DNA from: Epiperipatus broadwayi
Taxonomy: Eukaryota > Animalia > Onychophora
Assembly (NCBI GenBank): GCA_028023455.1
Contig: JAQFVV010000009.1
Coordinates: 1,860,001-1,924,000 of the forward strand
Length of the DNA stretch: 64,000 nucleotides
Direction of reading: 5' to 3'
How positions within the stretch are numbered: position 1 is the stretch's first letter; every line of letters begins with the position of its first letter. Below are positions 54,801 through 64,000 of the stretch, piece after piece. Under the pieces are notes generated by a model. That model searched no databases. It was not told the origin of the DNA and was given only the letters and a program-made list of their open reading frames with translations. The translations under genes and the position numbers were made by a program.

Positions 54801-55462
54801 ATATTTGATAAAAAAAAAATTAATCTTTTACCAAAAACTTTTCTGTCAATCAAACTTGACATGTTTAATTGCTTGGGAGACCAGTTGAAATCACATTAAG
54901 TATAGAAACTCAATTTCTATTTAAATAGATTCACAATGTTCAATTTTATATTAAGAAGTTTGAATGTGAATTTTAGCTTAACTAAAGCCTTCTTTGTATC
55001 AGTTTAATGTTAATTAACAAATCAGAACTTATAATCCAATTTATTTTAAAATAATTTGCTTTCAAATAAACATTTTAAGTATGTAAATATTAATAAAATA
55101 CCATGTAAATATGTAATCTATTAATATTTTTTATTTACCTCCTTTACAGAAATTTCTAGAAACTTATATGGCAACCATTGGTGAAAAATCTACTAACTTT
55201 TTACAAGATATATATTTCTTTCAATCAGACCTAATGTCATCAGCTGTTCAGGGGACTTTAGTTGATATCACAAGAAAAATAGTGATTTTCTTTTTAAATA
55301 GATTTACAATGCTCAATTTGACATTAAAGTTTCACCATGAATTTTTGATGTAATTTAATTAACTCTCCTTTGTATTGGTTTAAATGTTAATTGATAAGGC
55401 AGAGCTTATCTTCAGATGGTCAGATCACATGTGTGACTGTGCACTTACTATATATACCTGTA

Positions 55463-55534
55463 AATAATAATAATAACAACAATAATAATAGTAGTAGTAG
55501 TAGTAGTAGCAGTAGCAGTAGCAGCAGCTGCAGT
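55463..55534. repeat. Compound microsatellite AAT>AAC>AGT>AGC
   Basis: aataataataacaacaataataatagtagtagtag...gcagcagctgcagtt. Confidence 0.85.
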
Positions 55535-58500
55535 TTAATTACAACAAAGCAAATTATGAGAAAGTAGATAATAAGCAAAGTGATTTTAGATAACTTATAA
55601 TTTAAGTAATTTATTCAGTACTTAATTATTTTACCCATTAAATAATTAGGATTATGTCATGACTTTATAAATAGAAGTAGGTTAATTTACTTACAATAGG
55701 TATAGAGTAGTATTTATATAATTATGAATGTTTATATGAAATAATATTTGTTAGTTAATATTATATGAATTTTAGCAAACGTATAATTGGAATATAGGTA
55801 TGTGTGTCTAAATGTATTTATATGCACACAATTTATTAAATTATTTAATACATATTATTTGATACAAAATGGTTTTTAATTAAAACATTAAAATAGCTAT
55901 AATCTAAAAATATATGATATATAGAATTATGAAAATCATTGAATCAAACATAAATGCATTGTTGTGTTAGCTGTATTGATCTTTGAGGATCATTATTATT
56001 CATCATTGTTCTTCTTCCTTATTCTTATACTCATCATTTTTCATTGAAGATGAGAAGTTTAATACTAAGTGATTTTTTTCTGAAAAATTTAAAGTAAGCT
56101 ATATTAGTAATTAAAATTAATGTACTGCTAAAAGTCTAATAATTTCTCTCTGGTTTGCAAAGTCTACATTTTATTAAAATCTCTCAAAATCAAAATTTCA
56201 ACTAAAAAACTAGAATAAAGTTTAAAAAATATATGTATTATTTCAATTTTTGATGTGATTTTTAATGTCACTATTCTGATATTAACTATTTTAAAATGCA
56301 TGAACTGTCTTTTGAAGTTTTAATTATACAAAAGATTAAAATCTACACAGAATTTCTGTCAAAATTAAAATAAACTAGAAACAATGCCACACAAAAATAT
56401 ATGATAAAATGGCAAAATACTCTGGAAAGTATTCAGCTGTTAGTTTCAGTAAAGTCCATTTTAAGAATTATTATACTCAAATATATTTCAACAGTCTCAA
56501 TAGTCAGCATTGCAATTTTGCATGAAAATAACTTTAAAAGAAGGCTTTAACTCTTTTAAATAAAAAATGTTAAATTTAAAGATTTTTACTTTAATAAAAA
56601 TATGCACATTTAAATTTTTTTTTTAGAACAAAGAAAGAGAAAAGACTAAAAACAATTTCTCCATAAAGTATATAAAAATCTTTTTCTAAATAAAGTCTAT
56701 TTCAGTTAATAATTTTATATATATAATTGTCATCATCAAATTTTTATTCAAACGAAAATAGAAAATATTTTATTGATATGTTAGTTAATGCAACTTAGAA
56801 AATGTTTATGATTTTAAATGCACTGCCATTCCACTTATGATTTAATTGTATAAGAAGTGAAATTGAGCAGTAAAGGAACTCCTCACTCAAGATAATGTAA
56901 TATTTTTGTTCCTGTGAAAAAGATCTTCCAAAAAAATATATTAAAAATTATAATAATAACATTGTGCCAACACACATATAATGTACAGCTATATAAATGA
57001 TAACTAACAAATTAAAAAGGATTAGTGTTTTTGAGAAAGTACATTTCTCATAATCATAGCCTGTTATAACTCACTCATAGGAATCATTATGTATGTCCAA
57101 TATACAAACTTTATGCAAATGAGTCAATTAACACATCTTTTGGATATAGGAAAACATGATTCTTTGCAATTAAAAGTAGAAATCTATGACTTATTAATTA
57201 AAAATTAAAAAATGTAAACTCAAATTTTTAGGATTCCATTCATTATAATATTATTGTTATTATTCTTTCTGCAAAAAAAGAAGAAGCCATCTTCATATAA
57301 ATAATATTGTGAAAAGAAACTACTGTTCTCACATGCACTATGAAATTAACACGTACTCTTCATATAAATATTTAAAAAGTTGTGAAAATAAATTTAAATC
57401 TTTAAAGATTTTTGCTCCCAAATGTACTCCAATAATTATTATATATAAGCCATCAATAATATTGCCCAAGAGAAATAAAATAAATAAATAATATTTAACC
57501 TGCACTTTATGATTGATATTAATAGTTCTTAATAAGATCGCTGTCCACAATAGTTGCTACTCGTGTTTTCAGAAAAATAAAATTATAAAGGTGTGTTGCT
57601 TAAATAAAGGTTATTTTCTAGTATGCTTAAAAGGAAAAGAAAGCCAAAATCAATATAATTGTTTGCACTTAAGGTTATTGTTGTATTAATATATTTATCC
57701 GTGCATAGTTATAAAGTTTGATTTACTGTATTTTATTAAAATATGTATAGGATTTACATACAAAGAGTCTTTAATTTTGAATTTAATTTCAAAAATCATA
57801 TTTCCTTTACAATAGAAGTACATATTAAACAAACAAATTACTGCTAAATCCAAGATTAAAAAGATTTTAATGATCTCAGGTTAAAGAATATTGTTATCAT
57901 TTAAATTCTGTTTGTCTTTTTAAAATGTTATATAAGAAAACAAAAAACTGACAGTGAATATTTATTTTTCTAAAAATATTGCATTTGCGTAAAGTGATTT
58001 TCATAACAAATAAGTCTATGATAACTTTATTATTTCTTTTAATAAATAATTTCAAAGGTTAACAGAGTGCTTTCTAAAATAATGTGAGATTTAAACTTAA
58101 ATGAACATATAAATTTTATAATTATATATATATACACACACATAAATAGCACAATTTTGCATTTTGGCAAATAAATAGACACTAATCATCATCATCACTA
58201 ACAAATACCATAAAATTAGTATACTGATAGCAAAAATAAAATAGTTTTTTTATGACTGTTTGGATTTTTGTATATTTTTGGAGTATGAAATAAAAGATAA
58301 TCTATCTTAATATGTTTTAACATTTCATCATGTTGGCATAAATTGTAATCTAAAACTAATCTCACTAATTGACTTACTATTTGCTTTGAAGAAGAGTAAT
58401 TGCCACAAAATAATAATTAACAACAAAGACCACTGATTTATTAGGTAACTTCTCTTTATATTTTATGGTATTTTGGAATATTTTATGTAAAAATGTTGTT

Positions 58501-59307
58501 GCAATGTAATTAGAGATGATTCTTCCTGCGTTGATTGTATCATGGACAGAATCCAAATATTCTATCTTTTGAATCCTGATACATTTTAGATAAGTAAGTG
58601 AACAAATACATTTTAAATGGTTGTTATTTAGAGAAAAAATAAAGTTATAGATATTATTTGCCTATTAGTCATTAGTGAACTACATTTATTATGTGAACAT
58701 TGACTTCTTGTATGTTTAAAATTATATCACACATTTGTTTGTATTTATAACATGCCATGTTTATTTACTAATTCCATTATTTTACTCAGTATGCATGATT
58801 GCTCTTCTGAAAAATAACAAAAAATTACTGTTAAAAATAAGTAATTGTCTTCCATACACATGTGAAATCAAATATCCAACATAATTCAATGCTTAAGTTA
58901 AAACTTTTTTTTTTCAATATTCAATGTAAAGAAATTAGGAAATAAAAAATAAAGAATTATTTTTAAAATTTTAATTTCATTTCTAAATCTTATAGAATTG
59001 ATTAGTAAATAGCATTAGTTTATGAATAGATTTCTTCAATTATATTTTGATAATAGTAAATCAAATTATAAGTTAATTATATCAGAAAAGGTAAAACGAT
59101 AAAAGTAAAAAATAATTGTACTATTATATTATAGTTCAGAATTTATTTGTTAATTTAATATTATATATTTTTTAAATAGATAAACTGCTTAATTAATATT
59201 TTAGAAACTGATGCATGTATTTAAATTCAATTGAATCTGAATCTTTTCTCTAGTGATAATCACTAGCCCAAAGATGCCTATATTAGTATCAGTTATATAT
59301 TCTATGT

Positions 59308-59389
59308 AATAATAACAACAATAGTAATAGTAGTAGTAACAGCAGCAGCAAAAGGAGTAGAAATAGCAGCCACAGTAGCAGCAGCAGTT
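59308..59389. repeat. Compound microsatellite AAT>AAC>AGT>AGC
   Basis: aataataacaacaatagtaatagtagtagtaacagcagcagc...gcagcagtt. Confidence 0.75.
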
Positions 59390-59989
59390 AATCTTAGTTT
59401 TGCCACCAGGTTTATTTGAAGAGCTCCTGTTTCAAATCCTAAGAATTTGCATAATATTAGGTTTTTTAAAGATAAATTTTATCACAAAGACTGAACTTGA
59501 TCTAATTGGTTAACACTTTAATTATAAAAAAAAATTCTATGTGTGTAATGGATAATTTACAAGAAAAATATTTCATTAGCTACAGTAAACCTTAGTATTG
59601 CTAGGCAACAATGAAAAATTTCCGAATTTAAACCACAAAAAGATCACTCAAATCTGCAATATTTCAAGTAAATTTAACATATATTGAATCAGTTATTAAC
59701 AATTAACTATGCCATTGATCTTTTCTAAGATAATTTTGAATTTGCAAAAACTTTTTCTTTAAAAAAATGACATTTTAAAATTGTTAAATCTGATCAAAAT
59801 GGCTGCAACACAACCACATGACCAGGTGGTTAGTGCCAAAACTTGCTCTACCATATTGCCAGCTTTATCTCATGAAAAAAAAAACATATGCTAGCATTTT
59901 TAAGAACAATTTCTATGTCAGCAATAGCAAAGATATTTCAAGTTCATTAATAAATAAGCAATTTGAAGTTTAAGGACAACCAATGCAAA

Positions 59990-61726
59990 CAACATTTAAA
60001 ATCTAGACCTAAAAACACAAGATTGTAACTCCCTGCCCCCATAATGTGGATGCCTGACATGCTGACAAAAATTGTCAAAATTTATTATTACCATACCACA
60101 GGGGTATTTTGCATCATTTAAGAAATTTTTTCTTCCAAGTCCATCATTATATAAGCCACATATTCTAACTGTTCTCTATATCACTTCCTCTGCTCTCTGG
60201 AATCTCAACCAACTCAAGTGCTTATCATGCATGAACTCTTAGCTCCAAAATCACACCAACATGAACTCGAATAAATACTAACCAAGAGGCTACATTTTAC
60301 ATCTACATAAGAGGCATAAAATGTCAATGTTTTTTCTTATAGCCAGTGAGGGCATTTAGCCTTCAATTGCCCCACTGGTTGGTGTCTGTGGTATGACCAA
60401 ATAAGAGAACATATGCTGAGGTGCATTCATAATAAAAATCAAACTGCTTCTAAAAATAATATTCACCAACAAACAGAAAATAACAACCTCTACACAAAGC
60501 CACAATGTTATGCATGTGGCACCCATGGCCACCTGGCAATACCCTGCAGTCCCAATCAAATACCACAAGTTTAATCAGCCACAAATCAAACCTACACAAG
60601 ACATTGAGGAAATAATACAAATTCAATCACTATTGATCCAGACAAATGGAATAAGACCAACTGTCATCTCAGACCCAAAGATCCTGAGTCTGGCCACACA
60701 ATGGAATACATGCACATTCATGATCTCACCACTATAAAATCAAACAATGTTAATGCTATTGTTGTAAACTCTAACCAGATGGATTCACATCACTCATGCA
60801 ACTTACCTATCACACCCCAATTGGTACAAACAATTCCAAAACAGATTTTAAGCAAAATTTTAATCTGGAAGACCAGCATATGTAAACAAACCACTCACAA
60901 GTAATCCTGAATAAAACATCAGGCCATAAGAGAAACATTGAGATTTTATGCCTCTTATATAAATATTAAGTGTGGTCTCTTGGTAATAAGACCAGCTTCA
61001 ACAGAGACCAGAAGACCACTCAGACAAACAAAAAAGAAATGACAACCAAAAGAGTCAAAACTGAAGAGGTTGCTGCTTCTGACATAATGATCAGTCCCCT
61101 TACCTTAGGATCTCATAACAATAGATCTCACATGCAATAAAATCATTGACTCATGCCTACCATTTGAAAATATATCTATGCAATAACCACAGTCATCACA
61201 GCATTATAAAGATACCATGGCTAATTTTCCAACCAAATACTACACCCAGATGGACAAGGGACCACCTCCCTATCCAGACATATCAATATGCTGAATAATA
61301 CTATGCTAGAACTATTCACCTGCCATCTATGTTTCTATCCATAAAACCATCATCAACCAAGACACCATCTCGATGGCCAAAAAAAGAGCAACCAAATAAA
61401 TCCAATTTATATTCAGACATATACCAACTTCAAATCCTCCACTCCAAATGCTTTCTAACTCATACTACCAAGTGTTTCCATGTATTTTTTTCTTAACATT
61501 ACATTGAAAAACTTTATGTAAATCTAGTTTGACACATATATCTTGTTATATAATTACCTTTATTCTGTAAATTACTGTAAATCATGTTTTTTTTTCTATC
61601 ACAAACAAGATTGTAAACCATTATTGCATATAATATCATATATCAACCTATATCTAAGAATCTCATGTTTTTCTCATGTAACTTATGTAAACTTTTTTTA
61701 GTCTCAATGAACTTTACCTTTAAAAC

Positions 61727-61818
<92 letters not shown>
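59990..61818 (+). mobile_element. Decayed CR1/L2-like LINE with 3' UTR and (AAT)18(GAT)12 tail
   Basis: taccttaggatctcataacaatagatctcacatgcaataaaatcattgac (~61100) resembles YLGxxxxxDLxWxxHID; C/A-rich coding composition; ends in a microsatellite tail at 61729-61818. Confidence 0.5.
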
Positions 61819-61821
61819 AAC

Positions 61822-62136
61822 ACCAACTTCAAGCTCCTCACCCATTTACTTTCTCACTCATACTACCAAGTGTTTCCTTGTATTTTTCTTAATATTACAT
61901 GGAAAAACTTTATGCAAACCTAGTTTGACACATGCATCTTGTTATGTAATCATCTTTATTCTGTAAATTATTGTAAATCATGTTTTGTTTTTTTCTATCA
62001 CAAACAAGATTGTAAACCATTATTGCATATCTAATCTGTATCTAAGACCACCTCATGTTTTTCACATGTAACTTATGTAAAGTTTTTTTAGACTCAATAA
62101 ACTTTACCTTTGAAACATAATAATAATGATGATGAT
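61822..62136 (+). repeat. Second copy of the LINE 3' end with a short (AAT)3(GAT)3 tail
   Basis: accaacttcaa...actcatactaccaagtgtttcc...aactttacctttgaaacat matches 61423-61728 (roughly 80-85% by eye). Confidence 0.85.
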
Positions 62137-62229
62137 AAACAGCCACTCATAAATGAGTCTGGCCATTCTAACTTGAAAAAAAAAAAGAAAGAAGAGAGAG
62201 AGAAAAAAACTACTATAGAAATGAGTTTT

Positions 62230-63420
62230 GCCACATATATAGATTATGCTGGTGCATTTTTCTGCTTTTTGATATCTTATGATGTCTTAATTTCTTCAAC
62301 AGAAAACATTTGTTTCTGAAATACTTCAGCACTATACTTAATTGTAGCTCTTCAATATATTCTGTATTCTATCATATATTCCCCCAAAAAACAATCAACA
62401 TTGCATCTTTTTAGAATGTCTTTGATATAATCCTCATAACATAAACATGTGCTACTGCTTGCTCAACTACTATGTGAAAAATTCACCATAAAGTACCATT
62501 TATGATATTTTGCATTTCATTCATTTTATATATCCAATCCACTGAAGATGTGAATTTATAATAGATGTACTTTACAGAATCAGAACTAAAAAGTTAAAGA
62601 ACATATTCATTGGTTTTGTGATCTCACCATTGTATTTTTAAAAATTTTAAGGAATATCCTTAAATAATACTTCTCTAATATGTTTACTTTTATATTGCAT
62701 TGATAAAGATGCCCAAGTTTCATTTCCATACAATAATTTAAAGTAACAGCTCTATATAGAACTAATTTAATAGCAAAAGTTAATTCCATGTGATGAAGTA
62801 CTCTATCTTTTAATTTGCTAAAATCAGCATCATTACATTGGAGGTTTGTATTCTATCTAACATCTAGGTCCACATTTCTACTTATAAAATTACCATAATA
62901 TTTAAACTGGTTTACATTCTCAAGTTGATAACTATCCAAGATAAAAATTGCTATGAATTTTTCTTTTGTCATAAGTTTTAAAGAACTTGAGTTTTTTGAA
63001 CATTAATTAATTAATCAAAGCTTTTATATATCACTTTAAAAACTTTAGTACATTTTGTAAATTGTCAAAAAAGTAGCATAATCAACAGTATATTGTAAAT
63101 CCATAACCAAAGAAGAAGAAATAATTATTTTCACTTTTAAGCAATTCAAATTAAAAATTCCACCATCACATTTCTATCATATCTTGATTTCTCTTTGATT
63201 AAACTACTTATAAAAAATTCCAAAGACTACTGTCATAAAAACTGAAAACAATATTATAATAAGTACACATCCTTTTTGAACACCAGTTTTCATTTCAAAT
63301 GTCTCAAAATTTCCATCTGTAGTAACAGCACTTCTCATTCTATCATATAGAAGCTGTATAATATGAATAAATTTAGGTGGATTAGCAATTAATTAGTCAT
63401 ATAGAGAGATGAAATTGAAG
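62230..63420 (-). mobile_element. Decayed RTE (BovB-like) LINE RT fragment
   Basis: Minus strand PPKFIHIIQLLYDRMRSAV, KTGVQKGCVL, DGGIFNL, QLENVNQFK, IKLVLYRAVT...LLYGNETW. Confidence 0.78.
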
Positions 63421-63816
63421 CTATAGATATTGTAGAATATGACATTATCTATGATGGTTAGGTATAGATACTTAGCTAGGTAGGATTTATGTCGACCATG
63501 AATTGTTGTAGAAATAGTTAATTTGACATATCATATGTTAATTAGAAATCTGATGACCGTAGGTTGGATAAATAGCTAGTCATAAATTGATCATTTTGAC
63601 ATATCTGATGACTGTAGGTTGGATAAATTGATCATTTTAAAAAATATGTACAATGTTTTGAATCAGGTATAAAGAACCAGATAGACATCTATAGGTTAAT
63701 TAAATCTAGCACTAAATCAATGTATCTGATCCATATCAGTTATAGTATTTAATTCTCTTCATATTATCACTTTCCATATTCTTCGGCATCTATATTTCAT
63801 CACTGAATCCCACTGA

Positions 63817-63834
63817 TTGTTGTTGTTGTTGTTG

Positions 63835-63932
<98 letters not shown>
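63817..63932. repeat. (TTG)n(TTA)n microsatellite
   Basis: About 7 TTG units followed by about 31 TTA units. Confidence 0.97.
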
Positions 63933-64000
63933 TTATTGAAAGCAATTTGTAAATTCACAAATTATTATAATTTAAAAAGCAAGTCCTATATAATGTGATG

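Noticed and set aside
58514-58593. Plus-strand exon-like segment ending at a gtaagt donor
   Set aside because: Stops in all three frames; no evidence for a coding role.
61781-61966. Poly-Met ORF
   Set aside because: Translation of the (GAT)n tail of a LINE.
63548-63640. Short direct repeats (atctgatgacygtaggttggataaat x2), superficially CRISPR-like
   Set aside because: Only two copies, no regular repeat-spacer array, no cas genes, and a eukaryotic context; a simple local duplication.

Overview
Very AT-rich, CpG-depleted, repeat-laden eukaryotic (invertebrate metazoan-like) genomic DNA; the long ORFs in the supplied track are mostly TE debris or microsatellite artefacts. Two spliced genes sit head-to-head on a 165-bp CCAAT-containing, CpG-retaining promoter (~20451-20615). 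On the minus strand, exons 1-5 of PCID2 (TREX-2 subunit; ATG at 20450, 121 codons recovered, the rest probably left of the window) include a U12-type intron (GTATCCTT donor) that appears to end in TG rather than AG. On the plus strand I assembled a frame-consistent 5-exon, 209-aa protein (20616-41204) that I cannot assign to a family. Downstream is a structurally complete but non-coding 4.85-kb LTR retroelement (1.73-kb LTRs, tRNA-Arg-like PBS, PPT plus an internal PPT copy, ATAT(AT) TSD), and about half of the differences between its LTRs are CpG transitions. Also present: a perfect 146-bp-arm palindrome and a long-TIR MITE in PCID2 intron 1, a hAT MITE with an 8-bp TSD, a near-full-length decayed RTE LINE, many LINE relics (two with tandemly duplicated 3' ends), large TTA microsatellites and a decayed ORF of unknown origin near 49.8-50.4 kb. 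All identifications are by eye; no database searches were run.
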